DNA of 64,000 nucleotides from positions 192,001 to 256,000 of the forward strand of contig JANNBC010000024.1 in assembly GCA_031385045.1 (NCBI GenBank). Reading direction: 5' to 3'. A program made the position numbers and the translations under genes. The DNA comes from a bacterium (GTDB lineage Bacteria > Bdellovibrionota_C > UBA2361 > CALJRW01). This document shows positions 1 through 9,526 of the stretch, piece after piece. The stretch's first letter is position 1. Each line of letters starts with the position of its first letter. Below the pieces are notes generated by a model. The model was given only the letters and a program-made list of their open reading frames with translations, was not told the origin of the DNA and did no database searches.

Positions 1-216
1 ATAGTTTAAAGCTTTCTCACCCTCTTCTTCTTCAGTGGCAATCTGAGCCATTTTAGCAAACTCGATTTGTTGGTTACAAACAGCCAAATAACTAGCTAGA
101 TTAGACATGATTTTAGAGCGAGGATCGACTTGTTGAACTAGAATCTCGGCCTTAACAACAGACTCTCTTAGGATTTCTAGAGAATTTACTAGTGATTGAA
201 TTTTATTATCTGACAT
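1..216 (-). CDS. hypothetical protein, 5' part (runs off window start)
   Basis: Read manually: ATG at 216-214, open for 72 codons (MSDNKIQSLVNSLEILRESVVKAEILVQQ...) to the window edge; not in the ORF track. Confidence 0.6.
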   Translation of the reverse strand, partial: MSDNKIQSLVNSLEILRESVVKAEILVQQVDPRSKIMSNLASYLAVCNQQIEFAKMAQIATEEEEGEKALNY

Positions 217-554
217 GAGATTCTCTATATTAATAATTATAAAAGTAACTTTTCGTTACCAATTTATCTTTGCGAGCAATTTCTAAAAGTTGATCATTTA
301 ATTTATCTGTCATTACTCTCTTTACTGCTGGGAGTAATTGCTTTTTAGTAAATTTTTAAGTTAAATTAGGATGTTAGCAGTGTGAGGGACTTAAGCCTAA
401 GCTTATAAGGCCTAGGAAAGCTTGCATTAAAACTAATCTACAGTACATATTATGGGCATTCTAGAGAAAGCGTTGCCAGATTAATTGCTTAATTTGCTAA
501 AAAAAAATGCTTATGATACTAACACAGTGATAACATTTATTAATTCTTCGTATA

Positions 555-785
555 ATGTCTAGAAAATGTAGCTTAACTGGTAAAGGTGGACAATTTGGTC
601 ATCGTGTAAGTCATGCCAAAAATCGTACTAAACACGTATTCAAGGTGAATCTTCAAAATAAGAAAATTTTTGTACCTTCTCTTGGTAAAACTGTAAAACT
701 TAGTCTTTCTGCTAAGGCTTTACGGATTATAGATAAGCTTGGTGCTGATGCCGCGTTCAAAAAATACGGCTTAGAAATTCAGTAG
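555..785 (+). CDS. rpmB: 50S ribosomal protein L28
   Basis: MSRKCSLTGK...GHRVSHAKNRTKHVFKVNLQ, L28 signature. Confidence 0.97.
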   Translation: MSRKCSLTGKGGQFGHRVSHAKNRTKHVFKVNLQNKKIFVPSLGKTVKLSLSAKALRIIDKLGADAAFKKYGLEIQ

Positions 786-910
786 TATATTCTACCTTTC
801 TGGTTTAAATTTCAAAATATATTTCTTAGTGTAGAGCTGTATCTACAGATATTCTTATCATCATTTAGCTCTGATACCAGGCAGTATTAACAATCTTCTA
901 AGCTGTTTGC

Positions 911-1246
911 TTAGTGGATCATCCCTTTCCTAGAAGCATTCAATCTTTCAGTATCTAAGAGTACGTCACGCAGATCTGAAAAAAGTGGTTCTCCAGTCTT
1001 CTCGTGATCTGTTGTAACTGCTGATCGTAATTCGCTTTGATCGATAATTCCTAAATGTTGATTGTTCGGGATAAAGATCTCATCACAGTTCTTGCACTGT
1101 AATACTACGACAATTCCCTCATAAGTAACTTTGGTATGCTCAGTTGCAAAAAAGCTTTCGTCTGAACCATCGCAATTGCAGCAGGGACAAGTCACTTCTT
1201 CGACGTATGTCTCTGCTAGTCCTTTAAGTCTAAAACGTAGTGCCAT
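911..1246 (-). CDS. small hypothetical protein with probable Zn-ribbon
   Basis: CPCC and CKNC cysteine pairs; GAGG upstream of the ATG. Confidence 0.7.
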   Translation of the reverse strand: MALRFRLKGLAETYVEEVTCPCCNCDGSDESFFATEHTKVTYEGIVVVLQCKNCDEIFIPNNQHLGIIDQSELRSAVTTDHEKTGEPLFSDLRDVLLDTERLNASRKGMIH

Positions 1247-1450
1247 AAAACCTCTTAAATATAGATTAAGATCTGAATGGATTTATCTTGGTACAGCGAT
1301 AAAAAACCTTTCTCCTAAAGGAATATTCGACCTAAGCTAGGTAATACTTTAGATGTTTTTTAGGGTCTGGCAGTTTAATTTCGGGTTTAAAGTCTTAATT
1401 ATTAACTTTAGAGGGGAAATTTTATGCTGAGAGCTGATATTAGCTCTAAT

Positions 1451-1882
1451 TTATTTAGTGAGTGAATCCCAAAGGTTTGCTTTAGTAGCTAGTTTTTCCT
1501 CATCTAGGATTAGTTGGAATCCTTGGTTATTACGAAGATTAATATAGATAGGCGCTTTTAGATTAACAGTAGCATCTCTTAGGCTTTCTCGGATAACTAT
1601 TAAAGTTAAGATCAAATAAGGATCTTTTTTCTGTAGATCGATTACTTCACTTAGCGATGCTTGATAGGGATATTGGAAGGCTAGTTTTTGGCCATCGACT
1701 ACGACAAATGCCAGATCGGGATCATCTAATGACTGTAACCAAGAAAATGGAGCTTGGTATTCAATAACAGTAAACTGATGACATTTTGGAAAACCAACAA
1801 TGCCTTGAGGAAAGCTCAGGACCTTCTCCTTAGATATTTTTAACTCTCCAAATCTGCTTGTTAAGATTTTTCTTTCTGTCAT
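1451..1882 (-). CDS. fliW: FliW, CsrA antagonist / flagellar assembly factor
   Basis: FPQGIVGF, WLQSLDDPDLAF and TVNLKAPI motifs; directly downstream of csrA; start codon uncertain. Confidence 0.93.
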   Translation of the reverse strand: MTERKILTSRFGELKISKEKVLSFPQGIVGFPKCHQFTVIEYQAPFSWLQSLDDPDLAFVVVDGQKLAFQYPYQASLSEVIDLQKKDPYLILTLIVIRESLRDATVNLKAPIYINLRNNQGFQLILDEEKLATKANLWDSLTK

Positions 1883-1885
1883 TAA

Positions 1886-2155
1886 TTAATCTTCTTTCTT
1901 TTTTGTTGGATCTAATTTTTGATAGTATTCACTAACTTGTTTGATTAGATCTTGCCCGACAGAAGCATTCGCCGAATTAGCAGCTGAGAGGTTCTCTTTT
2001 TGAATCTGTTGGTAAATTTCTTGTCGATAAACTTTAACTGTTCTGGGAGCCTCAATCCCAATTCTGACTTGACCTCCACGTTGCTCAAGTAATGTTACAA
2101 CGATCTCATCGCCGATTACCAGACTTTCTCCAATTTTGCGCGATAAAATTAACAA
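1886..2155 (-). CDS. csrA: carbon storage regulator CsrA
   Basis: [16 protein letters not shown]...[14 protein letters not shown], with C-terminal extension typical of FliW-regulated CsrA. Confidence 0.97.
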   Translation of the reverse strand: MLILSRKIGESLVIGDEIVVTLLEQRGGQVRIGIEAPRTVKVYRQEIYQQIQKENLSAANSANASVGQDLIKQVSEYYQKLDPTKKKED

Positions 2156-2326
2156 TTTGACTTAAATTTAAAAGTTTACAAATAATTGGAAATTGACGAT
2201 TTTAACTGCTAAGATTTTTCCTTAATTCAAATCAAAGCAGCTCATTCCGGACAGGGAATTGTTAATTGTCGTTCCTTTGATAGTCTATAATCCACTGTAC
2301 TTTTTAGAAATAGTAAAAATAAACAA

Positions 2327-3223
2327 ATGTATCGAGAATTTTTTGAACAACTACAATCCACAATTTGCCAACAACTAACGGAAGCTGATGGCGGAAAGAC
2401 TTTTATTACCGATAATTGGAGTCGATCTGCTAGCAGTAATATTGAGAACGGTGGTGGTATAACTCGGGTGATGGAAAAGGGGCAGATCTTTGAAAAAGCT
2501 GGAGTTAATTTTAGTGAAGTTCGGGGCAAGCTTCCCTCCTCTATGTCTAAAGTTTTAACAGGAAACATTGAGCCTCAGGAGTTTAAAGCCATGGGTGTTT
2601 CCTTAGTAATCCATCCTAGCTCCCCGATGGTTCCTACTACACACGCAAATTTAAGATATCTTGAAGTTGGTGAATTACAGTGGTTTGGTGGTGGAATGGA
2701 TTTAACGCCGTACTATTTGTTTCCCGAAGATTGTCGATATTTTCATACTACCTTGAAACAGGCTTGTGATGTTTATGATCCCAAATGTTACCAAAAGTAT
2801 AAAGCAAATTGTGATTCCTATTTTTATTTACCACATCGTGAGGAAACTCGTGGTATTGGTGGACTGTTTTTTGACTACTTAGGTAAAGGGGAATCAGATA
2901 TTCAGCAAAAATATTTTCCATTACTTACAGGATTGGCCCCGGCCCTGATGTCAGCTTATTTGCCAATTGTAGAAAAACGAAAAAACTTACCATTCACTCC
3001 AGAGCAGAAAAAATTTCAGTTGATTAGACGAGGTCGTTACGCCGAGTTTAATTTGGCCTTTGATCGTGGAACAAAGTTTGGATTAGAGACTGGCGGGCGG
3101 ACCGAATCAATCCTTATGTCACTACCCCCAGAAGTTATCTGGCAATATGACTATAATCCTTTGCCTGGTAGCCCAGAAGAAGAATTAATTAAGACTTTAA
3201 AGTCTCCTAGGGATTGGATCTAA
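2327..3223 (+). CDS. hemF: oxygen-dependent coproporphyrinogen III oxidase
   Basis: EKAGVNFS, WFGGGMDLTP, RGIGGLFFD, RRGRYAEFNL, RTESILMSLP motifs. Confidence 0.97.
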   Translation: MYREFFEQLQSTICQQLTEADGGKTFITDNWSRSASSNIENGGGITRVMEKGQIFEKAGVNFSEVRGKLPSSMSKVLTGNIEPQEFKAMGVSLVIHPSSPMVPTTHANLRYLEVGELQWFGGGMDLTPYYLFPEDCRYFHTTLKQACDVYDPKCYQKYKANCDSYFYLPHREETRGIGGLFFDYLGKGESDIQQKYFPLLTGLAPALMSAYLPIVEKRKNLPFTPEQKKFQLIRRGRYAEFNLAFDRGTKFGLETGGRTESILMSLPPEVIWQYDYNPLPGSPEEELIKTLKSPRDWI

Positions 3224-3294
3224 TCTCTGAACTAGGCTTAAAGGCGATAATTTTATATTTACAAAGCCTATTTAACTCTTTATCATCAAACAGT

Positions 3295-3909
3295 ATGAAT
3301 GATGTTAGTCCAAGGAAGCCGTCTTTTATTGATTTCAGTCCTCGCCAAAGAATTATGGCGGCAGCCCTGAAGCTTTTTGTAGAACAAGGCTATTTCAATA
3401 CCAATGTCCCAGATTTAAGTCGTGAGTCCAAGTGTAGTGTTGGCTCCATTTATCATAGTTTTAAAAATAAAGAAGAAGTTGCCAGAGCACTTTACGAAGA
3501 GGCTTTAAGTGCCTTTCGGGGGGCATTGGCAAATTCTATTCATGATATTGATGATACCGAAGAGATTATTAAGACCTTGGTCAAATCCCTACTATCGTTT
3601 TCTCAGATCAATGTTCAACTTTCTAAGTATATTTGGTTATGTCGTCATGATGAGTTCATGACAGGAATGATTAAACATCCAACTCGAGTTGGTCATGACC
3701 AGTTGGGTCGAAAGGTTGCCAAGTCAATTAAGATTGCTATGCGCAAAAAAGAAATTCGTGTTCTAAAGGCTAATATTATCTGGTCAATAGTTTTTGGTAT
3801 CCCACTTAGTTATGTTAGGGATTGGCTAGACGGTTACAATACCGAAACACCTAATCAAGTGGCAGATCAGCTTGCTGAGGTTTGTTGGCAGGCACTTAAA
3901 GCTAAATAA
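3295..3909 (+). CDS. TetR/AcrR family transcriptional regulator
   Basis: RIMAAALKLFVEQGY...SVGSIYHSFKNKEE helix-turn-helix; in-frame ATG at 3295 preferred over the track start at 3214. Confidence 0.9.
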   Translation: MNDVSPRKPSFIDFSPRQRIMAAALKLFVEQGYFNTNVPDLSRESKCSVGSIYHSFKNKEEVARALYEEALSAFRGALANSIHDIDDTEEIIKTLVKSLLSFSQINVQLSKYIWLCRHDEFMTGMIKHPTRVGHDQLGRKVAKSIKIAMRKKEIRVLKANIIWSIVFGIPLSYVRDWLDGYNTETPNQVADQLAEVCWQALKAK

Positions 3910-3930
3910 TTTTGGTGTTATTGAAAAAGC

Positions 3931-4362
3931 TTATTGTCTTTCAGCTAATGCTTTCTTTAAATTTTCCCAAGCTAATAAGGCGCATCTTTGTCGTCCGGGA
4001 ATCTTTGCAACCCCGGCTAAAATCTTAGCATCACCTAAGAGCATCCATTCATCTTCTGATAAGTCTTTACCAAAAATCATTCTTTCAAAAAGCTCAATTA
4101 GCTTTTCACTTTTTGCTAGCTCGCAATTTTTGTTTAAACTACAGAGGATTGCTGAGGATGCTTTGCTGATAGCACAGCCTTGGCCTTGAAATTTGATAGT
4201 ATCAATTTTGTGATTAACAATCGTTCCGCAGATACTAATTCGATCTCCGCAGAGTGGGTTAAGTAGTTCTTGATGGAAATCAGGAGCATTGATTATACCT
4301 TGATACACCGGATCATTGGCATATTCGATCAGTAACTCGGAATAAAAATCATTAATTTCCAT
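3931..4362 (-). CDS. sufU: SufU/IscU-type Fe-S cluster assembly protein
   Basis: NPLCGD, GCAISKAS and RQRCALLAW conserved Cys motifs, with SufU-type insertion. Confidence 0.9.
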   Translation of the reverse strand: MEINDFYSELLIEYANDPVYQGIINAPDFHQELLNPLCGDRISICGTIVNHKIDTIKFQGQGCAISKASSAILCSLNKNCELAKSEKLIELFERMIFGKDLSEDEWMLLGDAKILAGVAKIPGRQRCALLAWENLKKALAERQ

Positions 4363-4418
4363 AACATTTAATCATAGCTAACTTAGGCTATTAAGTAAAA
4401 GCTTCCAAGATTAAAGAA

Positions 4419-5405
4419 TTAAACTAAGGTGCCAGAGGTTAGAGAAGATATAAATTGATCAAGCTCTTTGGAGGAATAAGTAATATCTGAGCGTTTAAAA
4501 TTGATATCTTGTGCTTTACTTGCAAGTAACAAAGCCGAAATCTTATCACCAAATTGATAATAAATTTTAGCCAGTAATTTTAGCTCTCGGGAGCTCATCC
4601 AAGATGAGTTTTGTGCAGCTTGCGTCGCTAGTTGTAGGGCATAGCGCAAATTTTCTTCTTGTTCATCGGACTTTTCTAGGTAGGCAGCAGCTAACAGGGA
4701 AAGTGTTCGAGGATGATCTGGGATAATTTTTAGGGCCTGATGGAGATACTCTCTGGCTGAATTACAATCACCTTCTTTAATCAAAATTTTTGCCATTAAG
4801 TGCTTAGCTGAAATTGGAGCATCCACTCGCTTGGCAATGTCTTCCAGATCTTCATGGTGTCGATAATGACCAGTAAGATATTCTAAAATCAGTTGGCAAG
4901 TTTGATGAGCACTTTTAAATTCCTCAGGAACATCTTGTAGTCCCTTAATTAAAAGTTCACATTCTTCAATCACAAACTTTGGTGGTTCGGCGTCTAACAT
5001 GGAAGAAACATAAATGTGCATTAATTGGAAATCAGTACCAAATGTTTGCACTGCAGTTCTTAATAGCCACATTGCTTCTTGATCATTCCCAATCCATCCA
5101 TACATATAGGCTAGACGCAGATATGCTTGCTTGGAATTGGGCAGTGATTTCAAAACTGAACTTAAAGTGTTAATTGCTGGAGTGAATTCACCAAGCTTAA
5201 AATAGCAATAAGCTAAGTCCATCATGGCGCAGTGTCTCGCCTGATGTTTTGGATATTGTTTTAAACCTTGTTCGTATAGATTTGCTGCTAGTTGATACTT
5301 GCTTTCGCTATAGGCTTCTGCGGCTTTAATCCAAAGTACACAAGGAATTCCACCCCAAGTATTTGACCATTGAAAAGATTTTTTAAGAAAATTAAGGAGT
5401 TTCAT
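4419..5405 (-). CDS. tetratricopeptide repeat protein
   Basis: Repeated TPR-like helices (LAYCYFKLGEFTPAI, LAYMYGWIGNDQEA, LAKIYYQFGD). Confidence 0.8.
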   Translation of the reverse strand: MKLLNFLKKSFQWSNTWGGIPCVLWIKAAEAYSESKYQLAANLYEQGLKQYPKHQARHCAMMDLAYCYFKLGEFTPAINTLSSVLKSLPNSKQAYLRLAYMYGWIGNDQEAMWLLRTAVQTFGTDFQLMHIYVSSMLDAEPPKFVIEECELLIKGLQDVPEEFKSAHQTCQLILEYLTGHYRHHEDLEDIAKRVDAPISAKHLMAKILIKEGDCNSAREYLHQALKIIPDHPRTLSLLAAAYLEKSDEQEENLRYALQLATQAAQNSSWMSSRELKLLAKIYYQFGDKISALLLASKAQDINFKRSDITYSSKELDQFISSLTSGTLV

Positions 5406-5551
5406 TGAGTACAGCTCTATCAGTATAAAGTTCAGCCCCTAAAGGCTTTTTTATTCACTATAGAATCTATATCACGTTAAAAACGGTTTCTGCTTCTAGG
5501 TTAAGTCAAAAATTGTCCAGTGGACTTTTAGTAAATTAGGCTAGATTAGCC

Positions 5552-6715
5552 TTAAATTACCCTAACTTTAATAATACCAGGGACTTCAGAAAGTTTCTTG
5601 ACTAAATCTTGGCTAATTTGGGCATTGGTATCGGCAATTGTACAGGCATACTCACCCCTAGATTTATTAATCATATCTACGATATTAAATCCAGCGGCTC
5701 CAAGTTTACCTGAAATTTCTGCTAACATATTAGGAATATTTCGGTTGATTATTACCAAACGACAACCTGCAGCAATCGGCGGGAGCTCAATTTCAGGCAG
5801 ATTAACAGAGTTAGTAATATTACCAGTTTCTAAATAATCTTTTACTTGTTTACAGACCATTCTAGCGCAGTTTTCTTCTGCTTCAGCAGTACTTGCTCCT
5901 AGATGTGGAAAGGATAAGACGGCAGGTTCTCCTTGTAAGGCAGCCTGAGGAAAATCACAACAGTAATGTTTGATTTTACCTTCTTTGATTCCCAGTAAAA
6001 TTGCCTCAGAATCTACAATTCCCGCCCGAGAAAAATTAAGGATGGTCACACCCTTTTTAATTTGTAAGATTTGCTCTTTAGCGAAAAGGCCTTTAGTTGC
6101 CGGTATTAACGGCACATGAAAAGAAACAAAATCAGCCTCAGCATAAAGCTGTGCAAGGTTGCTGGCCCTAATAACATGTGCGGATAAACGCCAGGCATTT
6201 TGAATGGTAATAGCTGGATCGTAACCAACAACTCGCATTCCTAATTCTAGAGCGGTATTTGCTAGCATTACTCCAATTGCCCCAAGACCAACAATCCCTA
6301 GTGTTTTGCCGGCAATTTCCATCCCTGCAAAATTCTTTTTTTTGGCTTCAGTTTCTAGATCGATTTCTAGATCTGTGCCCTTTAGAGTTTTTACAAAATC
6401 ATTTGCTGGAAAAAGATTTCGTGCTGAAATTAACATTGCAGATAAGACTAGCTCTTTAACGGCGTTAGCATTAGCTCCGGGTGTATTAAATACGACAACT
6501 CCAGTTTCTGATAACTTTTCAACTGGAATATTATTTACTCCAGCTCCGGCACGACCAATTGCCAATAAATTAGATTCAAAATCAAATTGATGTAGGTTTT
6601 GTGAACGAAGCAAGATTGCTTCTGGATTGGAAACAGCAGTTGCTAAGTTATATTCACTCAGCTGATTAAGTCCAGTTTCCGAAATGTTATTTAAAACTAA
6701 AATGTTTTTATTCAT
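5552..6715 (-). CDS. serA: D-3-phosphoglycerate dehydrogenase with C-terminal ACT domain
   Basis: RAGAGVNNIP, GIVGLGAIG, PHLGAST motifs; follows serC. Confidence 0.93.
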   Translation of the reverse strand: MNKNILVLNNISETGLNQLSEYNLATAVSNPEAILLRSQNLHQFDFESNLLAIGRAGAGVNNIPVEKLSETGVVVFNTPGANANAVKELVLSAMLISARNLFPANDFVKTLKGTDLEIDLETEAKKKNFAGMEIAGKTLGIVGLGAIGVMLANTALELGMRVVGYDPAITIQNAWRLSAHVIRASNLAQLYAEADFVSFHVPLIPATKGLFAKEQILQIKKGVTILNFSRAGIVDSEAILLGIKEGKIKHYCCDFPQAALQGEPAVLSFPHLGASTAEAEENCARMVCKQVKDYLETGNITNSVNLPEIELPPIAAGCRLVIINRNIPNMLAEISGKLGAAGFNIVDMINKSRGEYACTIADTNAQISQDLVKKLSEVPGIIKVRVI

Positions 6716-6720
6716 GTTAA

Positions 6721-7803
6721 TTAAGCAGAAGTTTTTTCAAAATTTTTCATAAAATTTACTAGCGCCTCTACCCCAGCATATGGCATGGCATTGTAAATAC
6801 TAGCACGCATTCCACCGACAGAGCGATGTCCTTGAAGGTTTAGTAAGCCTTGTTCTTTAGCCAAATCTAAGAATTTATTTTCCAGACTACTATCAGCTAT
6901 TAAAAAAGGCACATTCATGTCGGAACGTGATTCTTTCTGAACAGGGTTAGAATAAAAAGAACTTTGATCAATAAAGTCATAGAGTAACTTTGCTTTCTTT
7001 TGATTGTTAGCAACAAGTTGATCGAATCCTTGCGCCTTAATCCATTTCATGACTTCGCCCATGATATAAATACTGTAACAAGGCGGAGTGTTGTAACAAC
7101 TATCTGCCTCAGCATGGGTTTGATAGTTAAGATAAACGGGCAGTTCTTGATTGGAGGTAGCTAAAAGATCTTTTCGGATAATTACTAAGGTAACTCCTGC
7201 TGGCCCAAGATTCTTCTGGGCTCCTGCATAAATCATGGCAAACTGATTAATATCAAATTTACGAGACAGAATATCTGAGGACATATCCGCAATTAGTGGC
7301 GCAGAACTTTTTGGGAAATCCTTAAATTGTAATCCACCAATAGTTTCGTTAGAGGCAATGTGTAAATAACTGGCATTATCACTTAGCTTCCAAGAACTAC
7401 TTTCTGGTAAGCTTAAATAATTATGTTCTTTACCATCGGCAACAACATTAACAACCCCTATTCTCTTAGCTTCTTCCACAGCTTTTTTCGACCACTGTCC
7501 AGTAATAGCATAGTCAGCAACCGCACCTGTTTTTAGGAAATTTAGTGGGATGTTTGTAAATTGCGCGGAAGCTCCCCCTTGTAAAAACAATATTTTATAT
7601 TGATTGTTAATTGTTAGTAACTCTCTTAAGTTGCTTTCCACATCTTTAATAATTGATTGGAATTCCGCTCCACGATGACTAAGTTCCATAACAGAACAGC
7701 CGGAAGCATGCCAATTAAGCAGCTCTTTTTGAGCTATTTCTAATACTTCTTCTGGAAGTTGGCTGGGGCCTGGGCTGAAATTATATTTTCTTTGGTAATT
7801 CAT
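6721..7803 (-). CDS. serC: phosphoserine aminotransferase
   Basis: NFSPGP, LQGGAS.QF, NETIGG, AGAQKNLGPAG (PLP lysine), GHRSVGGMRASIYNA. Confidence 0.97.
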   Translation of the reverse strand: MNYQRKYNFSPGPSQLPEEVLEIAQKELLNWHASGCSVMELSHRGAEFQSIIKDVESNLRELLTINNQYKILFLQGGASAQFTNIPLNFLKTGAVADYAITGQWSKKAVEEAKRIGVVNVVADGKEHNYLSLPESSSWKLSDNASYLHIASNETIGGLQFKDFPKSSAPLIADMSSDILSRKFDINQFAMIYAGAQKNLGPAGVTLVIIRKDLLATSNQELPVYLNYQTHAEADSCYNTPPCYSIYIMGEVMKWIKAQGFDQLVANNQKKAKLLYDFIDQSSFYSNPVQKESRSDMNVPFLIADSSLENKFLDLAKEQGLLNLQGHRSVGGMRASIYNAMPYAGVEALVNFMKNFEKTSA

Positions 7804-8614
7804 ATAGCGAGTTTCCTAGTTGAATCGGACAATTTTTTGCCCACTTTACATCATTAGAAAAACTCTGCAAGAAGGCTTGATTAGTTAATAGCACTACGCT
7901 GGAACCCAAATGAAACGTGCCTAATCGCTGGCCAAGCTCAAAGCAGAAATTAATATTTTTTTCTTCAACTGCTTGTAGATCTTTTTTAAGTAATTCTTGG
8001 TTAGTAACTAGATCATTAAAAGTTAAGGACATTTTCCCAACATTTAATGCTCCTACCATAACCAGCAAGATCGTTCCCAGGGCAGTTTCTAATTCCATGA
8101 TTACCCGCTCATTACGGGCAAAGAGATTTGGTAATCGCTGATAGGTAAAGTTATTTACTGGCCAGAGAAAGCCAGGGATATAAACTAAGCGTTTTACACG
8201 ACCAGAACACGGTGCATGGACATGATGATAGTCCTTCGGTGAAAGATAAAGGTTATATAGTGCACCACCAAAGTAATCGCTAGCTTGAAAATGATTACCT
8301 AAAAGTGCAGAGATTCGGTAATTAACTCCTTTAACTTGCAACTGTTTATCTTCTGAGACTACAAATTGATCCCTCAAAAATCCATCAACTGGGGAGACAA
8401 AATCACTACTCATTTGTCGACTTCCAGGTTTTAAATCACGCACAAAGAATTCCCCCAGTGTACGATAACTTTTTAAACTTTCCGGAACTCCAGCAAGATC
8501 AACTTGGCAGATTCTTGAATAAACTATGTAGACAATAGGTCTAAACCAGACTGGTAGGTAGATGTTGGTGAGTAGGCCGAAGCCATAACTTAGGTAATTA
8601 GTAATAATGATCAC
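7781..8614 (-). CDS. psd: phosphatidylserine decarboxylase proenzyme
   Basis: FFVR.LK...R, SPVDG, YLSPKDYHHVH, NERV, VGALNVG and the FHLGSSVV autocleavage motif. Confidence 0.92.
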   Translation of the reverse strand: MIIITNYLSYGFGLLTNIYLPVWFRPIVYIVYSRICQVDLAGVPESLKSYRTLGEFFVRDLKPGSRQMSSDFVSPVDGFLRDQFVVSEDKQLQVKGVNYRISALLGNHFQASDYFGGALYNLYLSPKDYHHVHAPCSGRVKRLVYIPGFLWPVNNFTYQRLPNLFARNERVIMELETALGTILLVMVGALNVGKMSLTFNDLVTNQELLKKDLQAVEEKNINFCFELGQRLGTFHLGSSVVLLTNQAFLQSFSNDVKWAKNCPIQLGNSLYELPKKI

Positions 8615-8773
8615 TTGAACTTTTATTGAATAGTTAATAGGTTAATGTGCTATACTGCAGGACAATGTCGCAAATCGTTTGGAACTGGTCAAGAAGGCTG
8701 AGTCTTTTTTTAACGTCTCTTACTTTAACATTTGCAACACCTCAGTAATTAAGTTTTAATTTTTGAAATAACG

Positions 8774-9526
8774 ATGATTAGAACATCAAATCCAGTTTTA
8801 AATGACCGAATCTTTGCGGAAACAAGATCTTACTCCACTTCTGAGGTAATGACACTTTCTGGGACTGTTAATAAAACAGCCTGTTGTTTAGCATTAACAA
8901 TTGCTAGCGCATATTATGTCTATAGTCATCCACAATTTGCTTTTCTGTCATTACCCGCGGTGCTGTTAGCATTTGTGATTGGCCTAGTTATTACTTTTAA
9001 AAAGACTTGGGCTGGGTTTTTAACACCGCTTTATGCCTTAATTAAAGGTGTTTTTGTAGGATCTTTTTCGCTCTTTGCCAATCATTATGTGATGCAACAG
9101 AATCCAGCATCAAATGGAGTTGTCTTTCAAGCCATTATTTTAACCTTTGGTACACTTTTTGCACTTTTGATGGCTTATAAAAGTGGTTATATTAAAGCAA
9201 CAGAAAATTTCAAACTGGGAATAGTTGCTGCTACAGGAGGGATTGGGCTTTTTTATCTAATCTCTTTGATCGCTTCTTTGTTTGGGGCAAATCTGAGTTT
9301 TATGTATAGCAGTAGTCCTTTAAGCATTGGGATTTCAGTTGTTGTTGTAATCATTGCGGCATTAAATTTAGTACTTGATTTTGATTTTATTGAGAATGCT
9401 GTAGCGACTCGTAACACTCCAAAATATATGGAGTGGTTTGCTGCTTTTGGTTTATTAGTTACATTAATCTGGCTTTATATCGAAATATTACGTTTACTTA
9501 TGAAATTGGCATCGTCGCGTGAATAA
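8774..9526 (+). CDS. Bax inhibitor-1/YccA family membrane protein
   Basis: MTLSGTVNKT, AALNLVLDFDFIE, EWFAAFGLLVTLIWLYIEILRL; multi-TM. Confidence 0.9.
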   Translation: MIRTSNPVLNDRIFAETRSYSTSEVMTLSGTVNKTACCLALTIASAYYVYSHPQFAFLSLPAVLLAFVIGLVITFKKTWAGFLTPLYALIKGVFVGSFSLFANHYVMQQNPASNGVVFQAIILTFGTLFALLMAYKSGYIKATENFKLGIVAATGGIGLFYLISLIASLFGANLSFMYSSSPLSIGISVVVVIIAALNLVLDFDFIENAVATRNTPKYMEWFAAFGLLVTLIWLYIEILRLLMKLASSRE

